Source: Promethearchaeota archaeon (lineage in GTDB: Archaea; Asgardarchaeota; Lokiarchaeia; Sigyniarchaeales; SOKP01). Taken from it: a stretch of 16,327 nt of DNA. Where the stretch lies: the NCBI GenBank assembly GCA_048938445.1, contig JBHLME010000101.1, positions 1-16,327 of the forward strand. Reading direction: 5' to 3'. Position numbers and translations under genes: made by a program. The notes beneath the pieces were generated by a model. It was not told the DNA's origin and ran no database searches. It saw nothing but the letters and a program-made list of their open reading frames with translations. Below are positions 1 to 8,230 of this stretch, one piece after another (the stretch's first letter is position 1; every line of letters starts with the position of its first letter).

Positions 1-131
1 TTTTCTTTTACCCACGTTCCAAATTTTTGAACATAAGTGCTTTTTCGTCCTGAAATGGAATCTTGATAGTTCCTGTAAGCCCTTCGAGCCGTAGCACTTG
101 ACTTTATATCTTTATTTGCAAATTCTTGCAT
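1..131 (-). CDS. Hypothetical protein, 5' part only (runs off window start); not in the ORF track
   Basis: Manual translation from ATG at 131: MQEFANKDIKSSATARRAYRNYQDSISGRKSTYVQKFGTWVKE..., open to the window edge. SD-like GAGG at 141-144, 9 nt upstream. Confidence 0.65.
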   Translation of the reverse strand, partial: MQEFANKDIKSSATARRAYRNYQDSISGRKSTYVQKFGTWVKE

Positions 132-325
132 GTGGTAAAACCTCTTTTTTAATTTTAATCAAACTTGTTTGTAGTAGATGATTCTTTATAAAATCATGAA
201 ATAATTTATGGTAAATCGTAAAAAATGAAGAGGTTGCTAATAATAGCACCCATGATAATAATTCATTATCTAAAATTATCTTTAAAGAAATGGACTTCTC
301 ATGATGAGAAGGAGAAATAAAAAAA

Positions 326-348
326 TCATTCATAGAAAAAAATAAAAA
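326..348 (-). terminator. Oligo-T tract terminator candidate after the surface-protein gene
   Basis: Minus strand reads ACTTTTTATTTTTTTCT just after the TGA stop (354-356), typical of archaeal T-tract termination. Confidence 0.4.
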
Positions 349-353
349 GTTAT

Positions 354-473
354 TCATTTGGTCTTTCCTCTTTCTATGTTTTGCTTCCGGTGTTTATACT
401 GCAATCGAAATACGACAGCAATTGCTCCGAGTATTGAGAAGATGATTAGGGCAACGATTTCAAATCCAGGAGA
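354..473 (-). other. PGF-CTERM/Loki-CTERM-like C-terminal protein-sorting signal
   Basis: SPGF + EIVALIIFSILGAIAVVF (TM) + RLQYKHRKQNIERGKTK (basic tail): the tripartite architecture of archaeosortase substrates. Confidence 0.8.
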
Positions 474-3400
474 GGCTGCCACAACAACATCCTTAGTTAC
501 TTGATGAGAATCACCATTTGCATCGGTTATTTTCAAGGTTACTTGATAAGTACCTTCAGTATTAAAAGTAACAGCTATTGTTGACAAGCCATAACCAGAC
601 TCATCCCAAACTTGATCGTTGTTCATGTCCCATTGAAAGAGATGTTGACTAATATCTCCATCTCCTAATGCACCGCTTACATCATCAAATATCAAATGAA
701 ATTCCACTTGAGGTTCTGGAGTTCCATCGATATAAAAATCAGCGACGGGAACTTTGTTGTTTACAGTGATATAACTTGTCTTTACTTCAATATCACTCTC
801 CAAATCGTTATCGGTAATGGTAAGGGTGATAGTATAGCTTCCAGGAGTATCATATTGATGAATGGGATTAATATCATTAGAAATCGGACTTCCATCACCA
901 AAATTCCATTCATATGTCGTTGGGGCATCCCCTGGTGTTCCCGTGAAGGTAAAGGTGACGTCTTCACTCATTCCGACGTTAGTAGAGCTTGCGACAAAAT
1001 CAGCAACAGGAATGATATTTGACACGGTAATATAATCCATTTTTATCTCAACGTCTTGATATAAATAGGAATCATAAACTGTCAAGGAAACCGTGTAAAT
1101 GCCTTCGCTTGAATACGACCAAATTGGATCCTGAAGCGTGCTATCAATCGTACCATCATTGTTGAAATCCCATTCAAACGTCGCTGGTCCGTAAACATAA
1201 AATCCCGCGTACATGAACTGTATCACGTCATTGATGTGAACCGAAGTCTGATCTGCTGAAAATTCTGCAATAACTATGGGAGGCATAACTTCAATGTAAT
1301 CAATCTTGGTTTCGGTATCTGTCTCCGAATCGCTATCGGTTATCGTTAATGACACGCTATAATATCCAAACATAGAATACGAATGTATCGGATTTACATC
1401 ATTAGATATGGGGGAGCCATCACCGAAATCCCATTGATACGTGACTGGGTTATCTCCTTGTGTGCCAGTAAACGTGAAAGTGATATCTTCATCCATTAAA
1501 ACAAATGTGGAGCTAGCAACAAAATCAGCATCGGGAACGATATTTGAGACAGAGATCAAGTCAATCTTGGTTTCAATTTCTTGGTTTAAATAACTATCAT
1601 ATATTGTCAATGAGACTGTATAAGTGCCCGCACTTGAATATGACCAAGTTGGATCTTGAAGATTACTATCAATTGTTCCGTCATTGTTGAAATCCCATTC
1701 AAACATCGGTGGTCCGTAGTCTACCATACCTATATACGTGAATTGAATCATATCATTAATATGAACTGATGTGAGATCCGCAGTGAAGTCTGCTATGACC
1801 ACGGGTGGCGAGACAGTAATGTAATCAGTTTTGGTTTCTGTATCAGTCTCTAAATCACCATCCGTAATCATTAATGACACGCTATACGTGCCGGCTGAGG
1901 AATATGAATATGTTGGATTAATATCATTAGAAATCGGACTTTCATCACCAAAATTCCATTCATATATCATTGGGGCATCCCCTGATGTTCCAGTGAAAGT
2001 GAAAATAATACCTTCATATTCGATAACATTTGTGGAACTAGCAACAAAATCAGCAACGGGAACAATATTAGATTCTACCGTTATATAATCTACTTTAATT
2101 TCTTGAGCGGAATCCAAGTCTGCATCAGTCACGGTGAGCGAAACCGTATAAATCCCATCTGATGAATAAGACCATATAGGATTTTGTTCTGTGCTGTCAA
2201 CAATGTCATCATCATCAAAATCCCATTCAAAAGTGGCAGGAGGTTGACCTATTATTCCCGTAAACGTAAATTGTATGGGTTCATCAACCTCAACATAAGT
2301 AAAGTCAGCTTCAAAATCTACTATTGGCACTGGTATCGCTAAAACCTCAATATCAGCCGAATTTGAATGACTATCTCCATCAAGATCTATAATTGTTAAA
2401 GAGACCGTGAAAGTTCCAACTGAAGAAAAAATATGAGTGGGATTGATTTCATTAGAGACGGGGGTTCCATCACCGAAATCCCATTCAAATGAATGTTCAG
2501 TTTCGAGACCATCACCTAGATATAAAGATTCGGGAAGTCTAAATTGAGCTGGAATACCCGTGTAAAATATTTGGGGATTTTTATAGACAACATTAGCAAT
2601 AAATGGTGCTGTTACCTCACACCATATAAAATGGATATCTCCCATATTTGCACCAACTACTTGGGGATTATAACAAGAATCACCAGCATCATCAGAGATG
2701 ATTTCGGAAGGACTCCATTCTCCTGATTGGGAATTCTTGAATGCATAGGTAACAACGAGACTAATCCCAGTGAATTCCGTCCATACTACATGTGCAAATT
2801 CTTCATCATCTATGTAAATAAATGCTTGATGAGCATAGGTTGAAGAAGTAATAGTCTCGATTGAATTCCATCCTGCTTGAGCATCTTTATACCTGTAAAA
2901 AACTTCTCGGATATTAGCTGGTGCTCCAGAATATCCGTCATTATCCCATGTTAAGTGAACATTTTCACTTCCATCCACATCAATTGACGGGTATACATAT
3001 TTTCCGTCATCTGGATTAGATACTACCTCTGAAGGAATCCATCCTGTCTGATGATCTCTGTATTTATAATATATCTTTGAAGAAAGAGACCCAGTATTAA
3101 AATTATCATATGCTAGATGTATGTCTCCATGATCACTTACAACAAACGAAAAAACTCCGAAATAAGGATCATTTTCGGGTAAAATTGTCTCTAAAGAACT
3201 CCATTCTCCTGATTGAGCATTTTTACACTTATAGAACAATTCACTAAAGTAAGTATATAAAACACTTTTTTTAGCCCATATCACGTGAACATTTCCATTA
3301 TAATCTATATCAATTCGAGGTAAATATAATGGTCCAAAAATTTCGGTTGATATAACCTCTAAAGTACTCCATTCTCCTGATTGAGCACTCTTACAAGTAT

Positions 3401-5456
3401 AATAAATATTGGTAGCATTCTTTGAAGCAAATAAATCCATATTTGACCATATTAAGTGAATATTACCATTATTATCAATTTCCATCTTATTATCGACACA
3501 ATCATCATTAAAATCAGTTGTTACCAGTTCTGTTACGCTCCATTCGTCAGATAGAGCATTTTTATATTTATAATATATATTAGAAGTTCCTAAAGAAGAA
3601 TCATATTCAATCCATGTAACATGTATTTTACCAGAAAGATCACATTTTATTGAAGTTGGATTTGAATAAAACAAATTTTCGGAAGATAAAACCTCCCAAG
3701 TCTCTTCTTCAAATAAGGAATTTATAATAGGTGTCTTATCTAAAGGAAAATTATCAATGTTATTTGAAGTTCCAGAAATAATGTATGGTGTGTCTCCAAT
3801 ATCATCCCGAGGAATATCTTGGTCACTACCGGTGTAGTCATCCCATCGATTTCCTTGAGTGCCATCATCCCATTGATTATTAGATCCACCATCATCTCGA
3901 GCATTGATACCATTATTAGTAAATGTATTTGAATATACTATAGAGGTACCGCATTGATCCAATAATACTCCGAAATCAGTATTATCATGAATATTGTTTC
4001 CAGAGATTTCATTATTGATTCCATTATCGATGGTAATTCCTATATCGTTTGATGAGAGTTCATTTCCAGAAATAATATTTCCATCACAATTATCATTTAA
4101 TATAATACCAGCTTCAAAACAATTAGAAATGGTATTACCCGAAGTAATCAAGTTATTATTGCTATTTTCAATGAAAATGCCATTTCCATTTCCGTTTCCA
4201 TCATTTATATCGTGAATGGTTGATCCCATAATCTTGATGTTTGAACAATCTAAAAGGAGGATACTATGCTCGAAATTGCCAGAAATATCACATTCTTCAA
4301 TGACAGCATTTTGAACGTTTTCTAATTTAATCGCTGCATCAATAACCGAAGATGTAGCCAAGTCACAATTCACTATCTTAAAATAAAAATCATTTCCAAT
4401 ATTGCTTATATGGATACTATATGCTTCACCACTAGAATCAATTATCAAATCTTGTATAAGTTTTGGTGTACTACTAGTAAAACCATCACCAGGAAAAGCG
4501 TCCCATCCGGGATCATCTTTCCCGTTTAGTTGAATTACTCCATATGTTGGCATCACATACCTTATTTCCTGACTTTTCACGGGTTCAGTGTTCCCATTAT
4601 TATCAACGCTATAATAGGAAATAGTTTTAGGACCGGGATTATTAGTATTAATAGTAAATGGAGCATTATCATAATTGATCCAAGCACCATCATCTATTTT
4701 ATAATTAGTATTTGCAATTCCTGAACCTTCACCATCAATAGCAGATAAAGTGAAGGAAGTGGATGAAGAAACGAAATTTGGCGCCACTTCTGGAATAAAT
4801 ATCAATTCGGTTGTAGGAGGTTCAAAGAAAAATACCTCACAATAGAAACAGTCAATGTCAACCCGACTTAATCCCCACATATCAGAATAAAATTCAATTC
4901 TCATATCATCTAAATCTTCTTGTCCATAATCCAAACCTTGGAATGGCATCATTGTCCATTCATCGTTTTTATAATTATGCTGAAAAGTATCACCGCCAAT
5001 GTGTAAAGAAACCAAAAAGTACATGGGTGAACCATATGTCATTGAATAAAAATGGAGATTAATTCGTGTAACTCTTTTTGAACCAAGAGAAATACTTCCC
5101 ATTGAAAATACATCCGTTCTTGGAACATTAACAGTGGAAATAAACTGTCCATCCGGAGATTGTTCATCAAGTAGGGACCAATGCTCTACTCCAATAGGTT
5201 CCCATGTATTTGGACCAAAATCTCCATCAGGGTAAATAATCTCTGAAGCTGATGTACGAGGGATAATTATTTCAGAATTATTTAATTTTAATAGGAAATC
5301 TAAATTTAATGTAGGATAAATCAAGAAGAATAAGAAAGAGATTCCGAATAAAACCAAAAAGAAGTAATTAACACGCTTTCTTTTTTTATTCTGGATCATC
5401 CTATAGGTGTTAGATGACTTCTTTCCCTCATTAACTAGGTACCAAATTTTTTTCAT
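354..5456 (-). CDS. Large cell-surface protein: N-terminal TM/signal, OmpL47-like Ig domain, NosD/right-handed beta-helix, 7-repeat beta-propeller-like region, 8 PKD domains, C-terminal PGF-type sorting signal
   Basis: Basic patch plus hydrophobic helix at aa ~25-50. SGIANTNYKID...YYSVDNNGNTE (OmpL47-type). Beta-helix repeats ending GNRWDDYTGSD...DIGDTPY...DNFPL (NosD type). Seven GxxHxxW...IYY...W repeats. Eight W[DN][FM]xD-type...GxYTVSLT PKD motifs. Terminal SPGF-TM-RLQYKHRK. An alternative start at 5399 (MIQNKKRKR) is possible. Confidence 0.93.
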   Translation of the reverse strand: MKKIWYLVNEGKKSSNTYRMIQNKKRKRVNYFFLVLFGISFLFFLIYPTLNLDFLLKLNNSEIIIPRTSASEIIYPDGDFGPNTWEPIGVEHWSLLDEQSPDGQFISTVNVPRTDVFSMGSISLGSKRVTRINLHFYSMTYGSPMYFLVSLHIGGDTFQHNYKNDEWTMMPFQGLDYGQEDLDDMRIEFYSDMWGLSRVDIDCFYCEVFFFEPPTTELIFIPEVAPNFVSSSTSFTLSAIDGEGSGIANTNYKIDDGAWINYDNAPFTINTNNPGPKTISYYSVDNNGNTEPVKSQEIRYVMPTYGVIQLNGKDDPGWDAFPGDGFTSSTPKLIQDLIIDSSGEAYSIHISNIGNDFYFKIVNCDLATSSVIDAAIKLENVQNAVIEECDISGNFEHSILLLDCSNIKIMGSTIHDINDGNGNGNGIFIENSNNNLITSGNTISNCFEAGIILNDNCDGNIISGNELSSNDIGITIDNGINNEISGNNIHDNTDFGVLLDQCGTSIVYSNTFTNNGINARDDGGSNNQWDDGTQGNRWDDYTGSDQDIPRDDIGDTPYIISGTSNNIDNFPLDKTPIINSLFEEETWEVLSSENLFYSNPTSIKCDLSGKIHVTWIEYDSSLGTSNIYYKYKNALSDEWSVTELVTTDFNDDCVDNKMEIDNNGNIHLIWSNMDLFASKNATNIYYTCKSAQSGEWSTLEVISTEIFGPLYLPRIDIDYNGNVHVIWAKKSVLYTYFSELFYKCKNAQSGEWSSLETILPENDPYFGVFSFVVSDHGDIHLAYDNFNTGSLSSKIYYKYRDHQTGWIPSEVVSNPDDGKYVYPSIDVDGSENVHLTWDNDGYSGAPANIREVFYRYKDAQAGWNSIETITSSTYAHQAFIYIDDEEFAHVVWTEFTGISLVVTYAFKNSQSGEWSPSEIISDDAGDSCYNPQVVGANMGDIHFIWCEVTAPFIANVVYKNPQIFYTGIPAQFRLPESLYLGDGLETEHSFEWDFGDGTPVSNEINPTHIFSSVGTFTVSLTIIDLDGDSHSNSADIEVLAIPVPIVDFEADFTYVEVDEPIQFTFTGIIGQPPATFEWDFDDDDIVDSTEQNPIWSYSSDGIYTVSLTVTDADLDSAQEIKVDYITVESNIVPVADFVASSTNVIEYEGIIFTFTGTSGDAPMIYEWNFGDESPISNDINPTYSYSSAGTYSVSLMITDGDLETDTETKTDYITVSPPVVIADFTADLTSVHINDMIQFTYIGMVDYGPPMFEWDFNNDGTIDSNLQDPTWSYSSAGTYTVSLTIYDSYLNQEIETKIDLISVSNIVPDADFVASSTFVLMDEDITFTFTGTQGDNPVTYQWDFGDGSPISNDVNPIHSYSMFGYYSVSLTITDSDSETDTETKIDYIEVMPPIVIAEFSADQTSVHINDVIQFMYAGFYVYGPATFEWDFNNDGTIDSTLQDPIWSYSSEGIYTVSLTVYDSYLYQDVEIKMDYITVSNIIPVADFVASSTNVGMSEDVTFTFTGTPGDAPTTYEWNFGDGSPISNDINPIHQYDTPGSYTITLTITDNDLESDIEVKTSYITVNNKVPVADFYIDGTPEPQVEFHLIFDDVSGALGDGDISQHLFQWDMNNDQVWDESGYGLSTIAVTFNTEGTYQVTLKITDANGDSHQVTKDVVVAASPGFEIVALIIFSILGAIAVVFRLQYKHRKQNIERGKTK
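480..2550 (-). repeat. Tandem array of 8 PKD domains arranged as (A-B)x4 with a 525-nt period
   Basis: The type-A motif (c/t)catcacc recurs at 892, 1417, 1942 and 2467, exactly 525 nt apart. The type-B tcccatt motif lies at 628, 1168, 1693 and 2221. Confidence 0.9.
2575..3700 (-). repeat. Seven ~55-aa repeats, probable 7-bladed beta-propeller
   Basis: Repeats GKIHVTW, GNIHLIW, GNVHVIW, GDIHLAY, ENVHLTW, EFAHVVW, GDIHFIW. DNA actccattctcctgattg recurs at 2712, 3198 and 3366. Confidence 0.75.
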
Positions 5457-5570
5457 ATAATATCACTTTTTTTTTTATATATTATAATATAGTTATATAA
5501 CGACAAAACTCAAAAAACTGGAAATTTTGAACTGAATATATTGAAGTATTTTAATATTTATCCCTTATCA

Positions 5571-5603
5571 TATTTAAATCTATTTTTCCGGAAATTCCAG
5601 AAT
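5571..5603 (-). promoter_or_regulatory. Putative BRE/TATA promoter of the surface-protein gene with adjacent TTCCGGAA box pair
   Basis: Minus strand cggaaaaataga-TTTAAATA (TATA at 5571-5578). Perfect palindrome TTTCCGGAAA at 5585-5594, followed by TTCCAGAA at 5595-5602. Confidence 0.5.
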
Positions 5604-5689
5604 TTGTACGGACTAATGTCATACATATTATGAATAATTGGATTATATAAGGGAACACTCAAGTTTGGATTTATACAAAAAAGTTATTA

Positions 5690-5716
5690 TTCCGGAAAAA
5701 CCGGAATGTTTAAGTA
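5690..5716 (+). promoter_or_regulatory. Putative BRE/TATA promoter of the archaeosortase gene with adjacent TTCCGGAA box pair
   Basis: TTCCGGAA (5690-5697), AACCGGAA (5699-5706), then TTTAAGTA (5709-5716). Confidence 0.45.
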
Positions 5717-5859
5717 CAGCATGTAATTTAATCACTATTTATAATGAGTTTAATGGGAAGAAAGCAGGTTTAATAGATATTCTAAATAAAATATCAAGAA
5801 AACGTTTAATAATCTTTCTACACCTCATATATGTAAGGTTAATATAGGAACTCAAATAA

Positions 5860-6885
5860 ATGAAGCAAATAAAATTATGGTATAGAACACCAAAAGAAGA
5901 GAATTCAAAAAAAAGGTTTTCGCTGTATATTAATGAACAAGTCTCTCTTTTACTTGCCTTTACCTTCAGCATCATTTTTATTTTTTTAATAGGGATTACC
6001 ATTCCTTTAATGGAATCACGATATGCATATTTTATGGCAATAGATCTCATTCCTGTCGTGATCATGATAAATTATATCTTCATTAAAATAACTTTAAAGA
6101 GCCAAAAAGCACGGAATCAGAGAGATGGCTTGGAAAAATTTGAAAAAAGATTGAACATCACGATAGACAATAAAAGGTACGTGTTCTTAAAAAGAAGGAT
6201 ATTATTATATTATATCTCGCTCCCGACCTTCTTACTACTCTTTATTTTTTATTTGGACCTTGAGATTAATGATTGGTTAGGAGAAATCGTTGCAAAGCAA
6301 GCTCTATTTATATTAAATGACATGTTTAACGTGGGTGCATCAGCTATATACATTCCCGGAAATCCAAGTCCATGGTATCTTTTAAAAGATACTAATATAT
6401 ATCGAATAGATCCCGGGTGCGTGGGAGCCCAAGTGTGGGGATTAATTGCGGGTCTTACCGTGTTTGCGCCAAGTTCCGAATTTGAAAAGAAAGAAGATTA
6501 TATCGTGTGGAGGAAAACGAAATATATTATAACAGCTGTGATCCTGGGACATGCCGCAAATATCATTAGGCTTTTCCTACAAGTATATATTACCTATTTG
6601 GGATTTGATGCATTTGTTGTCCATAGGCAAATTGCGGATATCACGGCAGTACTGGCAGCAATCCTCATTTTAGTATATTTATTATACAAATGGGTTCCCG
6701 AGGTATTCATCTCCGTATTTTACACCCTTAAATTAGGTTACACAATGATATTAAAAATATTTCAATTCCCAGAGGTCATGGATGATAAAGCAAAAGAGTC
6801 AAAAAAATATACTTGGCAGTTTTCATGTTGTATTCTTATCTTTTTAGTATTGGTAATAATAGCTATTTTTTATGTATTTGTATGA
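5860..6885 (+). CDS. Exosortase/archaeosortase family membrane cysteine protease/transpeptidase
   Basis: Multi-pass membrane protein with IDPGCVG (Cys187), ANIIRL (Arg237) and FVVH (His255), in the order and spacing of the exosortase/archaeosortase triad. Divergent from a PGF-TM-basic substrate. Confidence 0.85.
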   Translation: MKQIKLWYRTPKEENSKKRFSLYINEQVSLLLAFTFSIIFIFLIGITIPLMESRYAYFMAIDLIPVVIMINYIFIKITLKSQKARNQRDGLEKFEKRLNITIDNKRYVFLKRRILLYYISLPTFLLLFIFYLDLEINDWLGEIVAKQALFILNDMFNVGASAIYIPGNPSPWYLLKDTNIYRIDPGCVGAQVWGLIAGLTVFAPSSEFEKKEDYIVWRKTKYIITAVILGHAANIIRLFLQVYITYLGFDAFVVHRQIADITAVLAAILILVYLLYKWVPEVFISVFYTLKLGYTMILKIFQFPEVMDDKAKESKKYTWQFSCCILIFLVLVIIAIFYVFV

Positions 6886-6991
6886 TTAATTTCTTAAAAG
6901 ATGATTATGAGTAAAACATTTTAGCTTTAATCTAAATTTAATTAATCAAATGAAGCTATATAATATATAAATTAAAAATGATATAATCAAT

Positions 6992-7045
6992 AGAATAAAG
7001 AACGATAACGATAATGATAAAGATTTTGTTCGTTCTTTTTATTCT
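6992..7045. terminator. Inverted repeat between convergent genes (possible terminator)
   Basis: aaagaacga (6997-7005) pairs with tcgttcttt (7030-7038) and extends with a bulge. The loop holds short (a)cgata-like 6-mer repeats. It abuts the wHTH stop codon. Confidence 0.3.
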
Positions 7046-7473
7046 TGTTGAGGTACTGTTTTTATCATTTTTGAAGGAATTGAAATTTCCATAATCCTTG
7101 CTTTAAAATTACTTTTTCCTCTATTACATTCAAGTTTGTCTAAATAAGAGATACAATCATTTTGTTTATTGAAGAACACTCGATTCAACTCCCCGATACC
7201 TAAATTAGTAATGAAATTTTGTTTAAATCTAGATCCTTTTGATTCCTTCCGCTTGATTAAACCATCAGCTTCAAGCAATCTCAAGATATCCAATACTGAT
7301 TTTGTTTTTAACTTTTTATCACTATTATTTTTATTAAGATATTCAGTGATTTCATTTGTATTCAAACCTATAGAAAGATTATAAGACCTTTTTTGAATAT
7401 ATAATAAAAGTAATATATCTGTTGCATTACGTAGGCTTATAGAAATTTTTTCCTTTTCATTATTTTCGCTCAT
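7039..7473 (-). CDS. Winged helix-turn-helix (PadR/MarR-like) transcriptional regulator
   Basis: DILLLL...LNTNEITEYL...KSVLDILRLLEADGLIKRKE...RFKQNFITNLG matches the wHTH pattern (LxxLExxGLI, wing, IT.xG). AAGGA lies upstream of the ATG. Confidence 0.75.
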   Translation of the reverse strand: MSENNEKEKISISLRNATDILLLLYIQKRSYNLSIGLNTNEITEYLNKNNSDKKLKTKSVLDILRLLEADGLIKRKESKGSRFKQNFITNLGIGELNRVFFNKQNDCISYLDKLECNRGKSNFKARIMEISIPSKMIKTVPQQE

Positions 7474-8230
7474 TATTAATCCTTTTAATTCTCATTTCTT
7501 AGGGTTTATTTCTTTAATAGTGTTGCTTTCTGTGAAAATTAATTTTTTATTTGAATTTTAATCATTTTTTTTTAATTATATACAATATTTTTTAAGTGCG
7601 ATATATAAAGATAAATGGAGAAAAATTGAAATATCTTTTTTTATAAAATTTATTTTTATCAATTTAACTAACCAAAAGCGAGAATTGCTAATTATTGAAT
7701 ATATTTTAAGTCTAAAAAATTGTAATTTTTGAATTTTTAAACTTTTGAAAGCGTTAAAACTATTCTTCTTAAATTTTAAATCATTCATTTTAATTATTTC
7801 TCCAAATTCCATTTAATTGTTCAATTTTTTTATTTTTTTTTAAATGAATACCTTTAGAATATTTTTGGTAATTTGTAGTTTTATTTTATATATTAGAGTG
7901 TTATCAATTTGTAGAATTATTGATGGTTCATAATATCAATTTTTTATATAAAAATCACCAACTTTACTTGTTTTCTTTTAAAATTAAATGTTTATATGAG
8001 ATTTCAGTGCATATTTTTAAAAAAAAATGAATACATGGTTTTTTTTTATTCTTTGGACTAAATGATATTTATAATAAAGAATATATAAATCCTCTTTTTT
8101 TGTTGGATTTTTTTAGAAAAATTATTTGACAAATTTAAAAAACTATGATATTTAAGGTAAATTCTAGAAAAAAAAATCTAAGAATAATAATCAAATACTG
8201 TTTATAATTAAATAAATACGTGATAATTAC

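Noticed and set aside
70-102. Minus-strand GTCAAGTGCTACGGCTCGAAGGGCTT resembling an IscB/HEARO or IS200/IS605 end
   Set aside because: It forms no convincing hairpin and lies in-frame within the ORF starting at 131, so it is better explained as coding sequence.
112-357. 81-aa ORF on the minus strand
   Set aside because: Low-complexity F/I/L/K composition, spans terminator-like T tracts and overlaps the better-supported start at 131.
865-3390. Recurrent DNA repeats as a CRISPR array or DGR template/variable pair
   Set aside because: The repeats are in-frame protein domain repeats with long periods. No cas or reverse transcriptase gene is present in the window.
696-4724. Small ORFs inside the surface-protein gene (696, 782, 1831, 2544, 3994, 4530)
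   Set aside because: Antisense or alternate-frame shadows of a well-supported CDS, with no motifs.
5586-5602. Similarity of TTCnnGAAnTTCnnGAA to the eukaryotic heat-shock element
   Set aside because: Spacing is one base short of the canonical nGAAn array and no HSF-like gene is present. Kept only as a generic operator candidate.
5638-6065. ORFs 5638-5847 (+) and 5739-6065 (-)
   Set aside because: They overlap the promoter region or are antisense to the sortase, and have no recognisable features.
7576-7812. 78-aa ORF in the AT-rich spacer
   Set aside because: Composition (K/I/F/N/L) is what ~17% GC DNA gives by chance. It cannot be fully excluded.
7474-8230. Possible replication origin (AT-rich unwinding element)
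   Set aside because: No ORB-like repeats with G-strings and no adjacent cdc6/orc1 gene.
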